NCBI RefSeq assembly: GCF_009914755.1
Contig: NC_060938.1
From: the human T2T-CHM13v2.0 reference genome, Homo sapiens
DNA length: 64,000 bases
Strand: one strand, 5' to 3'
Shown: in pieces, positions 1-12,896 of the stretch
Layout: every line of letters starts with the position of its first letter
How positions within the stretch are numbered: position 1 is the first letter of the stretch
Position numbers and translations under genes: made by a program
Notes under the pieces: generated by a model
The model's database searches: none
The model's input: only the letters and a program-made list of their open reading frames with translations
What the model was told of the DNA's origin: nothing

Positions 1-492
1 TCTGAATTCCATACTGTCGCCTGCAAGGTCCTGTGTGCCTTGGCTCCACATTGCTTCTTCAGTCCCATCCATGACAATTAATTACACCCTGTGCTGATTC
101 CTTCCCCTGTCACCCTTGCCTCCTTGATGGCCCTCCCACCTCAAGGTCTTTGCACCAGTTGCTCCTGTTACCTGCAGTGCCCTCTCCACCAGCTCTTCCC
201 ACACTTGACAACTTCTCTTCATCTCTTCTCAACTCCTTAAAGAGGTCTTCCTGGTACCCCTTTGCTAAGCCAACCATCCTCTCTCCCCAGTAATGCTACA
301 TCATATTTTGTTCTATTATCTTCACAAAACGTACCTCCAATGGAAGCTACCTTTTCTTGTGCTTACTGAATTTTTGACCCTGTGTCTCTATCAGAATATT
401 GTATTCACTAGACCCCCAGCACCTAGGAACAGTCTTGGCATATAGTAATCTCTCCATATATGGTCAATGAATGATTGAACAAATGAATGAAT
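1..492 (+). mobile_element. L2 LINE 3' fragment
   Basis: L2 3' terminus motif CCCAGCACCTAGGAACAGTCTTGGCATATAGTA...TGAATGATTGAACAAATGAATGAAT, preceded by a pyrimidine-rich L2 body. Confidence 0.75.
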
Positions 493-1117
493 CTACTAGC
501 ATAAGCTTAGCTGTTGGTAGAATAAAATGAGACTGCAGCAAACTTCATTGAAAATGATGACTTCTTGGACCTGCCATTGTGTTACGATTCTATTCCCTCA
601 TCCAAGATGAAGAAGGATAAGAAAGGAAAGGAGGGAAGGAGAGAGAATAAGAGTGAGAATAAAAAGGCATTGTTCATGATCCTGTTCGGGGTGCCTCTCA
701 TGCCTGACAAATAATGAATTAGAGAGAGATCAGAACATCCAAGACCAAAACAGTCATTAACTGCCACTCCCCCCAGACCCCCTCCCAGAACATGCCGGCT
801 GCCAGAAGCCGGCCCAGACAGTCCAGTTAGGAAACAAAAAGATGGAACAGAAAGGCCTCTTTGAGCAGCCTGGTTATTAAGAGCTCTAGACAGGGAGAGA
901 GAGTGTGTGCAGCTTAACTCAAACATTTGTGCTGAAATGTAAAAAACAATTATGACATTCAATTATTCCATTAAGTGAAATTAACCATTCTTCTTGTTCT
1001 TTGAAAAGACCAAAAGGAAGCACAGATCTGAATAATTAGGTCAGTGAAGAATTGTGAAGAAAGGATGTCTGGACTTTTATTTTCATTTGAAAGTAGGAGG
1101 AGGATTTTGCGTTCGGG

Positions 1118-1118
<1 letters not shown>

Positions 1119-1152
<34 letters not shown>
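1119..1152. repeat. (TG)17 microsatellite
   Basis: Uninterrupted TG dinucleotides. Confidence 0.98.
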
Positions 1153-1153
<1 letters not shown>

Positions 1154-2035
1154 TGTCCGTTTGCTCTAAGAACGCCTTTGAATTCCCGGGGTGGTCATAT
1201 GCGAGACTCTGCCCTGGCAGGTATGGCCAAGTCTGGATCAAGGAGTGGCATTCCCACTTTGATGTTGACTGTCACGCTCGGCTGCTTGACGATCTCTTTG
1301 GCTGCCTGCAAGTCTGTTGTCCTGGGCGACCAGGTAAACCCGGCTGGGAATGCAGACCCTGCCTCTCAGTCCTCCTTGGCATCCCTTGCAGAGGAGAGAT
1401 ATGTAGGTGGAGACTTTTCTCCTTGTCTTTCAAACTCCCAGGAGGGATCTTCGCCCCTAAGAATCATCTGCTGAGGCTATGTTACCTGGTGGCACATCCG
1501 GACGACACATATGCATTTAGCTGTACGCTCACACGTGTGTGTGGACATGCACTCACATACCACACACATGGCTCAACTGTGAAGACAGGGAGTGAGGATG
1601 GAGTGCAAAGACAAGGGCCACCACTGAGACCCCTGGTGTGTTAGTGAGCCCGTGACCTCTGTGTCAGTAGCTACAAATAAGGCTGTGCTAATATCCACCT
1701 GACCTGGGGTGTAGGCATTAAGGAAGCCACCATATCTGCCCTCCAACCTGCATCTGACTTTCCACAGTGTGGCTTCTCCGAAAAAACATTATTTTATTTT
1801 TCATGATGTCATTTGCCTGCAAATATTAAGTATCAATACCATGTGGGTTTTTTTGTTTGTTTGTTTTGTATTTTTTAATCATCTGTTGAGTGGTCCATTG
1901 CTCCAAGGATACTTGGGACATCAAGCCTGCTTATCTGTGATAAGGGCCTCTGCAGTTTGTTCTAACAGCCTGCCCTGTGATAGATCCATAAGCGTATAAT
2001 GTTAAATTATGCTCTGGACATTCCTTTTAAAAAGC

Positions 2036-2574
2036 TTTTTTTATGATAGTGGTAAAACACACATAACATAACATTTGCCATTTTAGCCATTTTTAAATGT
2101 ACAGTTCAGTGTCATGAAGTGCATTCACATTCTTAGGAAGCCATCACCACCATCCATCTCCAGAACTTCTTTTTATCTTCCCAAACTAAAACTCTGTCCT
2201 CACTGAACCATAACCATCCATTCCATTCCCTCCCCACCCCAGCCCGTGGAAACCACCAAGCTACTTTCTGTTTCTACGAATTTGCCCACTCTAGATGCCT
2301 CGGGTAAGTGGAATCAAGCAGAATTTGTCTTTCTCTGGCTGGCTTATTTCACTTAGCACAATGTTTTTAAAGTTTGCCCATGACATAGGATGTATCAGAA
2401 CTTCTTCCCTCTTTAAAGCTAGATAACATTCCATTATATGTATATACCATATTTTCTTTAGCCATTCATCCATCAATAGACTCTTGGGTTGTTATGGGCT
2501 ATCGTGAATAATGCTTCTATAAACATGGATGTACAAATATCTGTTGAAGTCCCTGTTTTCAATTCTTTTGAGTA
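2036..2574 (-). mobile_element. L1MB-type LINE-1 3' end (ORF2 tail + 3' UTR)
   Basis: Antisense L1M motifs CCATCACCACCATCCATCTCCAGAAC, GGCTTATTTCACTTAGCACAATG, CCATTCATCCATCAAT; ORF 2291..2476 resembles the L1 ORF2 C-terminus (DEWLKKIWYIHIMECY). Confidence 0.9.
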
Positions 2575-4820
2575 TTAAAATGATTTTTCAAGGAGAAAGA
2601 AATAAAATATCATTTTCTATTCAGTGTATTCAACTAGTGTGTTATCACAGAAAGTGGATGTTCTTTGCATTCAAATAAAACATGGATTGAAATTTTGGTT
2701 GTTAAAAATTAGAAGAATTGTCTATTTAAATAAATTAAATTATTTAACTTCTCCAAGATTTACTTTCTTGACAAGCAAAATGGAAAAGTTCTTTCCAACT
2801 CAGAAAGGTAGTTGTGAAAATTGAATTGATGATCAGTTTCAAGACAAAAAAATACCAAGAATAATGGAGGAAGACAAACCAGGGGAACTTTGACTAAGAA
2901 TCTGCCTAAAGATGGGCCCCTTCCACTCCCACACTCCAGCCCTAGACCTGGGTCCTTCTTGACCTCAACCCTCCGAAGAGCCAAGAACCAAATTCCCAGC
3001 TGGTAGGTGGCCCACTCCAGCTTGGGATAGCCCCAGTCACCTCTGAAAGCATTTCTTCCATTTGACCACAAATCGGTGTCCCTGTGGCTTCTACCCACTT
3101 GTGATCCCAATCTCTCCTGGTGAGGTTTCAGAAAATAAGTTCATCCTCCTTCCATAGGTGGGCAAAGAAGCCAGGAGAAAGTGAGGGGGTCATAGACAGC
3201 AACAGGGGAGATTCCAAGGTTGCATGCAGAAGCAGGCTATGAAGTGACCTGCCAAGTTTGGTGAGGAAACAGAATTTGAGACCCTGTGAGCTGGGTGGAC
3301 AGGACTCAAGGAAAGAAAGAAATAGGCTGGCAGTGGAGACCTGGGAGGTTAACGCCTGGGCTGGCGGCTGCAAGACAGTCACCCTCCCACATCGTCAGGT
3401 ACAGGGAGTGGGAAGAGATTCATGGGAATGGGTGGACTTTCAGAGCCCAGGGATGGGCAGAGCTGAAGAGCTGATAACTTGAGCCTGGAAAGTTCTAACC
3501 ATCACACAGTGGGGCCCAGAGAATGTCAATCACAGCAGGTGGAGAGCTTCTCCAGCCTGAAAACAAGTGCTTGATGAGAGGACAGAAGGAGCTGGGAAGT
3601 TCCAGGGAGAACCACTCTTGAGTGTTCACAGAAAAAATCTGTGTTTCACCAGAGACCAGTTCACACTAGGCCAATATAAGCAAGTCAGAAAACAGGACCT
3701 CTGGAAGGTAGCCAGCCTATCACAGATACATGGAACAGAAGAGGGCCTGAATGCCTATCTAGTGAGGCAGTAATTGCTGGCTAGAAATCTCTACAGGGTG
3801 GGCCAGTCTGGTTCTATTGGTAATCTAGTCATTAGTATGCCCATTTTGAAGGTATGTAAAATTAGGCTTAGAGAGGCTGATGGGCCCATGCAAAGTTTTT
3901 TAGGACAAAAGAGCTTGTGTTCTTTTCCTCCTTCCCACGCCTTCCTACTGTCTAACATGCAGTATTTGTGACTCAGCAAAAATGTTGTGACAATCAGGAG
4001 TAATGCCCAAAATACTTAACATGGGGAAAGCAGACAACCAGGTAATCAGCGAAAATGAGACTGAAGGGCTAAAGCAGGGTCCCAGAGATGCCCTGCAAGG
4101 CTGAACATTAGCCCTTCAGTTGCTGGATGGTGGATCCCAGGGAAGAGGCTGGGTGGATAGGGCAGCACTTACGGACCTCAGAGAGTGGCTAGTTACCAAC
4201 CAATTTTGTTGAGAAGAATTTGGGTATTTTAGCAGCCAATAGAGAGGTGCCTGTGTACATGTCAGCCCTATCATAGAAAAGGTATTAGGTGTACCCTTCA
4301 GTGTCAGCTGGGACCCAGCCCCAGACTAATGGTAGTAAAATTCTGAAATCTTATGCCCTCGAAAGCTCCTCCAGTCCTGGGGATTGCAATGACCAGGGAA
4401 TTGTGGGCAACCCCTGCCTTCTGGGTCACTAGGCTACCAGGGCACTCAGAGCCTTCAGCTGGTCCCCAACCTGGACCAGCCCTCTGGGGCCTGGGCCAGC
4501 TCACAGACTCAGAAAGACCTGGGCTAAGCCTCAGGAACCCAGGTGTCCATGCCACATCGGATCCTGACCTGCTAATGTTCAAGGAGGCAGCTTCACGCCT
4601 GCAGATGTTCAGAGCTCTGAGAAGAAAATGCGACTGCTTCTCATTCCTGGGCCCAGGTTCTCTCCAGGGAAAGCAACTGTGTGAAGGCTGGGAGAAGTCG
4701 GGAGGTGTTAGACCAACCCCAAAGTCAGCAGGACCAGTAAGAAGTTCTCAGCAGGCAATCCTGCAATGCTTAGGGGATAAATGGCTCAGGGACGTGTCAA
4801 TGGCATTTCCTCTGAAAGAA

Positions 4821-5798
4821 TCACACACACCCACACACAGGCTCACACATGCTCACTCACACTCACACACACACGCTTACTCACAGTCACACGTGCTCAC
4901 TCGCACTCACACAAACCAGCTCACTCACACCCACATAAACTCATGCTAACACCCGCTCACTCACACGCACAGACCAGCTCACACAGACTCACACATGCTC
5001 ACTCACACATGCACTCATGCTCACACTTGCTCAGTCGCATTCACACACACACTGGCTCACTCACACCGGCTCACTCACACACTCACACCTGCTCACGTGC
5101 ACTCACACACAGTTATGCTCACACCCACTCACTCACACTCACGTTCATTCACACCCACACATGCTCATTCCTGCTCACTTGCATACACATACGGTCACAC
5201 CTGCTCACTCACACACGCCAACTCACTCAAACCCACACACACTCCCACTCACACACACACTCATGCTCACACCCGCTCACTCACACACATGCTCACACAC
5301 TCACACCCAGTCACACTCAGTCATACACACATTTATCCACACATACACCCACTCGTTCACACTCACCCACACACACTCACTTGCTCACTTGCACTCACCC
5401 ACACACTCACATTCACCCCTACACACTCATGCTCACACCTGCTCACTAACACACATCTGCTCACTCACACCCCCCACACACTCACACACCTGCTCACTCA
5501 CACTAACCCACATACTTACACTCATACCTGCTCACTTACACTCACCCACACTCGTTTGTTCTCACCCACACAGTCACACTCACATTCACCCACACACACT
5601 TATACCTGCTCACTCACGCTCACATACACTCACTAATTCACACTCACCCACACCTCTGCTCACTCACAGTCACCCACACACATTCACACCTGTTCACTCA
5701 CACTCACCCCCCCAAGACACACACAGGCCACAACTCAGTCATTCACACACATGCACACACCTCACATACACATTCCATTCACACTCACACACAAACAC
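4821..5798. repeat. ~1 kb degenerate CA/CACT-rich low-complexity tract
   Basis: Recurring words (CCT/CAT/CCC)GCTCACTCACAC, very G-poor on the + strand; generates the spurious His/Thr ORFs. Confidence 0.95.
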
Positions 5799-6303
5799 TA
5801 TATGAATTTCCTATCCCTGCTATAACAAATTACCACAGATTTAGTGACTTAATACAAATATATTGCCTTTCTCTTCTGGGCATTCAAATCCAACATGTGT
5901 CCCTCTGGGCTAACATCAAGTGCTAGCAAAGCCGCCCTCCCTCTGGGGGATCCAGTAGAGAAGCCCTTTCTCACCTTTCCAGGCTTCTGGAGGTGGCCCA
6001 CGTCCCTCAACTCTGGGCCCCTTCCTCCATCTTCGCAGCCAGCAGAGGTAGGGCAGGCCTGCCTCCGGGGGCAGCACTGTGGCCTCCTCCCCCACCTCCT
6101 GCTCTCAGTCTTAAGGACCCTTGTGATGACATTGGGCCCACCAGGATCACCCAGGATAGTCTCCATTTTAAGGTCAGCCCTTGGGAAACCTTCATCCCAC
6201 CCGCAGTCTTCATTCCCCTTTGCCTTGCAGCGTGTGACAGAGCCCTCGGTTCTAGGGATTGGGACGTGGATGTCTTTGAGAGGCCATCACTCTGCCAATC
6301 ACA
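5799..6303 (-). mobile_element. MLT1 (MLT1D-like) MaLR solo LTR
   Basis: Antisense MLT1 termini TATGAATTTCCT..GCTATAACAAATTACCACA and GGACGTGGATGTCTTTGAGAGGCCATCACTCTGCCAATCACA; internal TTAAGGACCCTTGTGATGACATTGGGCCCACC. Confidence 0.85.
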
Positions 6304-6364
6304 CACACACACACACACACACCGCACTCACTTCACACACACACTGCACTCACTCACATACACC
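6300..6364. repeat. (CA)n and continuation of the CA/CACT tract
   Basis: Pure CA run followed by CACTCAC words like those in 4821-5798. Confidence 0.9.
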
Positions 6365-6969
6365 TTTTTGAAAAATTAAAAGCAAAGACTTGGATGATTC
6401 TACTTTGGGTTTTTCCGAGCCCAAAGCATTCGACAGTAAGTGGCCACTTCTGTCGCATCCCGCACAGCCACACACTCCATCCTCAATCCGTTCTCTCTTT
6501 TTTTACAAAAATACAAACAACAACAACAATCAGAAAAGCAAGCTGTTGTCGCCTGCACTCTCTGGTCGGTCCCTCAGGTCTGGCTTTGGAAGGCTGAGCC
6601 AGAGCGTGTCAGAGCCAGCCAAAAAAGGACTCTGGAAGAACCCAATCTCTCTAGTAGTGTCGAGAAGCCAGGCTCTGAGACAGCAAGGGGCTGTACTTAA
6701 TGCTTGGGGGACGCAGGACAGAGGACTTTGGAGGAAGCATATGTAACCCGATCAGGTCAAAAAGATGGACATCTCAGCGTCCGAGGACCCTCTAGCCATG
6801 CACAGCTCCGCCCTGTGCAGACACAGATTCCAAAGCCCAGATTTGAGGGCCTCTGACCTTTCTGGGCAGGGATGGCGATGTCAATGGTCTCTGAAGGCAG
6901 AGGTAGGCAGTGGGGCCCGGGACTGTGCTCATGACACAGTTTATTAGGACCAAGGGGCTGTTGTCAAAG

Positions 6970-7075
6970 CTCATCCCATTATGCAGATGAGAAAATTAAG
7001 GCATGGAGAGAAAAGAAACTTGCTGGAGTCCACACAGCTGGTGACAGAGGCACAGCTAGAGCTCGCCGTTCTTGG
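6970..7075 (-). mobile_element. MIR SINE fragment
   Basis: CCCATTATGCAGATGAGAAAATTAAGGCATGGAGAG...CACACAGCTG is the antisense MIR core. Confidence 0.7.
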
Positions 7076-7389
7076 CACCTCGACTAAGGTCTTCATCTCT
7101 GTATCATACTCCAGGCTCACACTCTTTCTCCACAGTCTAAGCTTGCTGGAAGTCAATCCATCACTTCGTTCCCTAGGCTGGTAATAGAATCTGTGTCTCC
7201 ACGGCCTCATCTGTGCATGCATGGGCTCAGGGCATGCTCTGTGGCAGACCTGGGGTGGGCACTGAGGTCTTGGAGATGGATGGGGCATAGCAGTGGCATC
7301 CCCTTCTGCAGCCTCACAGTCCTATTGTGAGACATAAGGGACCAGTGCTGGACAGAGGCGGCAGCCTTTCCAGAGAAGTGAAGTAGAAC

Positions 7390-7530
7390 CAGTGGAGTAA
7401 GGGGACAGCAGTGGGAACTTGGGAGTCTGGCAAGCCTGGACTGAAATCTCTGAAGTCACATGCCAGCTGTGTGATGTGAGGTAAGTTCCTTCACCTCTCT
7501 GAGCACCAGTTTTCTCATAGTACACCTGAT
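7390..7530 (+). mobile_element. MIR SINE fragment
   Basis: CAGCTGTGTGATGTGAGGTAAGTTCCTTCACCTCTCTGAGCACCAGTTTTCTCAT. Confidence 0.7.
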
Positions 7531-7771
7531 TCATGCGAGTATCATGAATTTAATGTACTTCAATTAAATGCACCTCTTACTCTCCCACATACAGGATGTC
7601 TGAGTCCACACATCTGAGTGTGGCCTGACTGACCACCCATGGCGGGTGCTGAGAAGCCAGAAGAGAGAGTGGAGAGAGTCAGACAGCTGGCGGTGCCATT
7701 TCCAGCCATGACTTTTGCAGGCACCATCCCAATGTGGTGAGCACACCTTTGAAGACACGGCCTCTCCAGGC

Positions 7772-8358
7772 TGTCTCAAAGTGAAACATAGAATCTTCAC
7801 ATGACCCTGCAATTCCACTTCTCGGTATAAGCCCAAAAGAACACAAAGCAGGAACAAGAACAGATATTTGTATTTCCGTGTTTATAGCAGCATTATTCAC
7901 CAAAAGGCAGAAATAACCCAAGTGTCCATAGACTGATTAATGGATAAACAAAATGTGGTATATCCATACAATGGAACACTATTAAGCCTGATAAAGGAAG
8001 AAAATTCTGACACATGCGGCACCGCAGATGAGCCTTGAAAACATTGTGCTAGTGAAATAAGACAGTCATCCAGGACAAATCCTGTGTGATCCCACACATA
8101 TGAGGTTCCCAGAGTAGTTAATTCATAGAGACAGAAACTGGAATGGCGGGACCAGGGTCTGGTGGAGGGAGGATGGGGAGCGAGTGGTTAATGAGTGCCC
8201 TGCTTCTGTCTGAGATGATGAAACAGTTCTGGAGATAGTCATGGTGATAACTTCACAACTTTGTATATGTGCTTAATGCTACTGAACAGTACAACAAAAA
8301 TGGTGACAGTGGCAAATTTTGTTTTGTATAGTTCACCATGATAATTTCTTTAAATAAA
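7772..8358 (+). mobile_element. L1MB-type LINE-1 3' end
   Basis: ATGACCCTGCAATTCCACTTCT, ATGGATAAACAAAATGTGGTATATCCATACAATGGAA, 3' UTR GATGATGAAACAGTTCTGGAGATAG. Confidence 0.9.
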
Positions 8359-8749
8359 GGAAGCAATGGCCATTAACACAGAGTGGCCCTGCCAATTAGT
8401 AAGTCAGGGATGAGTCAGAGGGATGATTTTCTTCCACAAGCTAGGGGGTGTAGTGAGGGGCAGCAGGAAGGTGCAATCACCGTAGCAAATGTGCCCTCCT
8501 GCAGGGCTGAGACCCAAGAGCAAGGGTGGGCCCCTCAACCTCCACCCGGCATCATGCATCAGGCTCTTCTCAGCAGTGGTGAGGAAGCACACGAGCTCAG
8601 AGCTGCATTCTTGCTCCTCTCCCTCACGGGAGCTTTCCTTCCATCTAACATCAGCGGGCACCATAACTCAAGGGGCCATATTGTCTCCCACCTCCACACA
8701 CTCACAGGGCCGATTTCTTCTTGCAGGAACACTATCCCATCTCTTCTTC

Positions 8750-9062
8750 AACTGAGCGATTTCTCCTAGACACTGGCCTAGTGTCACCTCTTCCAGGAAG
8801 ACTTCCCTGGATGGACCTCCCAAGTCAGCTGAACCTACCCCCTTCTTCCCCTCTTACCCCATTCTCATTGCCATCTGATTACTCGCCACACCCAACTATG
8901 CATACCCATGTTTTCTTCAGGATCTCCCACTAAAGCAAGAGTTCCCTGAGGTCAGGGACCCCATAATATTTATGCAGTAAAATCAGCACCTGCATGTTCC
9001 CTGGCACAAAGTAGATATTCACCAACAGTTTGTGGGTGAATGAATGAGGGTGAATGAATGAG
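8750..9062 (+). mobile_element. L2 3' fragment
   Basis: CCCTGAGGTCAGGGAC...CCTGGCACAAAGTAG...TGAATGAATG tail. Confidence 0.65.
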
Positions 9063-9164
9063 GGCCTTTTAGTAACAGCAATAGTCATTGGAGGGCTGCT
9101 TCCTCTGAGCAGGACTATTGTCGTTTAATGTCCACAGCAGCTCAATTAGAGGAGACCTGTCTTG

Positions 9165-9240
9165 ATTGTCAGTTTGCAGACAAGAATGGTGAGACTTAGG
9201 GAAGTTAAGTAACTTGTCCAAGGTCACCCCAGCTTAGCAC
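9165..9240 (-). mobile_element. MIR fragment
   Basis: GAAGTTAAGTAACTTGTCCAAGGTCACCCCAGCT. Confidence 0.7.
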
Positions 9241-9409
9241 ATTTTGAATGGATTGAAAGGTACATGACTGCCCAGGAATTGGTTCTGGTTTATTTTCCAG
9301 CTTGCACTTTGAGATTTAGAGACATCACCAAATCACCACTCCTGCCCCAAGTTCTTCAGGTGCCTACGCTGGGCTTCCAAATTGCCTTTATTTTTATCCC
9401 ATTCGAAAT

Positions 9410-9600
9410 GATGATCAAGAGCATGAGATTTTGAGTCACAGAGATCTAAATTACAACCCGGTTCTCCCCACTCACTTGGGCAAATCAGCCTCTCAGATAC
9501 TCGGTTTCCCCATCTGTAAAACAGGGATCACGAGGATTAAGACACCGCACTCCTGAAGCCCTTGGCACATGGAAAATTAGCAGTGAATAATCATGCTAAC
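9410..9600 (+). mobile_element. MIR fragment
   Basis: AAGAGCATGAGATTTTGAGTCACAGA...CTCGGTTTCCCCATCTGTAAAACAGGGAT. Confidence 0.7.
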
Positions 9601-10942
9601 CATAAGTGGGAACGGGATCGGGGATCTTTGGGGGTTCAGGCAGGAAGAGCTGGCCTGGCTGGCCATTCTCACGAGACTGATCAAGGAGGAATGACAAGCA
9701 AAGATGTGCGTTGGAAAGGAGAGTGCTAACATCGAGACAGGAGAGTGGGCCCCTGATGGGTTTCCAGCCTGGGATGCCGGAGACAAGAGTCCAATTCCAA
9801 GGTTTAGGGTGGAACGGGGCTGGAGAACCAGGAGAGCAAGTCAGAGCCAGGGAGCATGAGCAGAGAGGAGTTTGCAGATTCCAGAGACAAGAGGTCATGC
9901 CCAAGGCTGAGCTTTTCCTTTTCTGAGCTCCAGCACGCAAGTGCATGGGTGGGCTGGTCCCTCTTAGAGGGGCCTGTGACAGGAAGGACAATTTTCCCCA
10001 CAGCTGGAGACTCTTGGCGTGCTGGAATTCAATCCCCTGTTGAATGGGTGGTCTGCCTCTCCCCCACCCTCCCTGCCTTTCTTCCTAAGTTGGAATATGT
10101 CTTTGCAGCCTTGGATCCAGCCAACACAGAGCACTTTCCTTGCTGCTAAAATTAACACATGAGAAATAACTAGAGATAGAAATCACAGTTCACTTAACAC
10201 TAATTATTTCCCAGGAAGTGAAGATTAATATTGAACTTGTTACTTGCAGTGAAAAGAGTAAACACACACAGGCACACACCCCTCCAAGTAAATGTGAAGA
10301 TCTCATCCTCCAATTGCTCCAGACCCAGCACACCGAGCAGCCCTGGTGGCCAAATATTTCCAAGTTGATTATTATGATCAAATCCAGGAATTTGGGGATT
10401 TTTGCGCCTGGCCCCGCGGTAGAGACACACCACAGAGGAGACAGGAGTTCTGGGGTAACTGAGTGAGCTCCGGGGCTCCAGCGTTCCCCAGGAGAGTGTT
10501 CAGTCTTCCCTAAAGGGCAATGGGTGTTGGGGCTTTCCTGCCCCCATGTGCCCATCAGCTCTGGAAGAAGCTCTGATCCCAGGCCTCTTGTTCAGACCAT
10601 GAGGAACAGAGTGAATGGACAAGTGGATGAATAAATGGGTGTGTGAACACATGAGTTGAGTGTGAATAAAGCACTGGCTGCTTATGTAGCTCATCCAGGA
10701 CCACAGAGTGAGCAGAAGCAGAACTGACAGCCAGAGGTTCCTGGTGCCCAGTTCAAATCTCAGTCCACACCTCCACAGCCACTTCTGTGTGCAGCCAGCA
10801 ACCCAAGCCAGGCTTTGTGGAGGAAGCAGCAACGAAAATTTAGCAGCATTTTAAAGGGGGATGATTATTCTAGCAGAAGTGTCAGTAGGAGCTAAGATTT
10901 GAAAGCAGGAAAGATGGAGACATAAAGATGAAAGAGTGAGAG

Positions 10943-11120
10943 GTGTGTGTATGTGTATGCGTGTGTGTATGTGTATATATGGGCACGTGCATGTATGTAT
11001 GTGTGTACATGTATGTATATGTGTGCATGTGTGTATGTGAATATATGGGCATGTGCATGCATGTATGTGTGTACATATATGTATACGTGTATGCATGTAT
11101 GTGTGTGAATGTGTGTATGT
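10943..11120. repeat. Alternating purine-pyrimidine (TG/TA/CA) tract with an internal 66-bp period
   Basis: ATATATGGGC recurs at 10975 and 11041 with near-identical flanks. Confidence 0.9.
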
Positions 11121-12019
11121 TTTCCCTCTGGCAAGAGCAAAAAGAATTGGGAGGGGTAATATTAACCACATTTGTGTGGTAAGCTCTGGGATTTACAAAG
11201 GACTCCATACCATTATCGGGGGGAGTCTCACAGCAGCTCTACATGGTGGGTATCTGCCCCACTGTAGATCAAGGAACCTGATGTGCAGGGAGGTAAAATA
11301 AAATGCCCAGAGCCCCAGAGATGGAGAGTCACTGAACAGAAACATGAGCTCCAGCTTCCTGAGTCCATACCAAGAGCTCTCCCCACCCCAACAGCTCAAG
11401 TTCCATAGAGAGTGGAGAGGTGTTTCCAGAGCCTCTCCAAGAAGCCGGTGGCTGAGGCTGGCAGCCTCTTTGTCACTGGCGAGTCCCATCAGGATCCCAA
11501 TGATAACAGCGAGATGCAGAATTCAGCTTCTAGGAGCTGCTCACCTCATGAAAGCACCTCCTGGTATTCAGCGGCCAGCATAGGAAGATGGGAGCGAGAC
11601 ACTGGGTCTTACATCATCAACTGCACATTTCTTGTCTAAACTTCCTAGCGACCATGCCTTACTCCACAGACCTGAGACATTTGTGTCCCAAATTTATTAC
11701 ACCAAACTGCCAAGCCATGGTGTTACCAGGCCAGCAGATACAATTCAAATTCAGTTGCAGGCTAAGATGTTACAGCTGTCTTCCCCTGCCCTGCAAAGTC
11801 TCGACAGGCACGAAAATATACCTCCTGTCCCTCACCCCCCGACTCAGTAAGAGGCTAGTCCCTGAAGGCTACCGACCTGAGCAGTAACCTGTGAATAAGG
11901 TTGAAGGCTGTGGCCCATCATCTCAATGTGAGCCCATGTGGGACACACGTAGAGAGACTGAAGCAAGGGATTCACCTTCTCAGGTCCTACCAGCACAGAG
12001 ACCGTGTGACAGGGCTGTC

Positions 12020-12150
12020 AAAGACCGAAGACCTGGCTTTGGAGTTACCCAGATGCAGGTTCAAATCTCAGCTCCACCAAGATCCTTCCGGGTGCCCCTG
12101 TGTTTATTCCTTAACCTTTCAGCTTCTGCCACTTCATCTGTCATAAGGTT
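12020..12150 (+). mobile_element. MIR fragment
   Basis: GGCTTTGGAGTTACCCAGATGCAGGTTCAAATCTCAGCTCCACCA. Confidence 0.6.
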
Positions 12151-12478
12151 GTCATTCATCTTGCAAAGGTGCCCTGGGGAAGGGAAAAGCAGGCATAAAA
12201 TGCCCAGCACACTGCACAAAGGCCGGTTTCCTTCTCTTGCGAGACTGTGTACTCAGTCTTGGAGGCACTCAACATCCCCTAGACAGGAACATCACCTTGG
12301 TGGCAATGGACACAACATGAAATAAATGCCTTAAGGTTTGGAGAGTTACGTTCAACACAACCCATTCTAAGAAGGCTGGATGTCTATAAATGACTTTTGA
12401 GGAACTTTGGACACTTCTCAGTCCATACCTACAGGATCCCATCAGCCTCTCTCTTGCCTTTGGGAAATGGGAAATTGA

Positions 12479-12896
<418 letters not shown>

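Noticed and set aside
1054-1644. 196-aa ORF
   Set aside because: Non-ATG start, runs through the (TG)17 repeat, no recognisable domain.
4781-5805. Three overlapping 213-262 aa His/Thr/Ser-rich ORFs
   Set aside because: Translation of a G-poor CA repeat that rarely forms stop codons; open in all three frames with no gene context.
10851-11301. His/Thr/Tyr- and Val/Cys-rich ORFs on both strands
   Set aside because: Products of the TG/TA tract.
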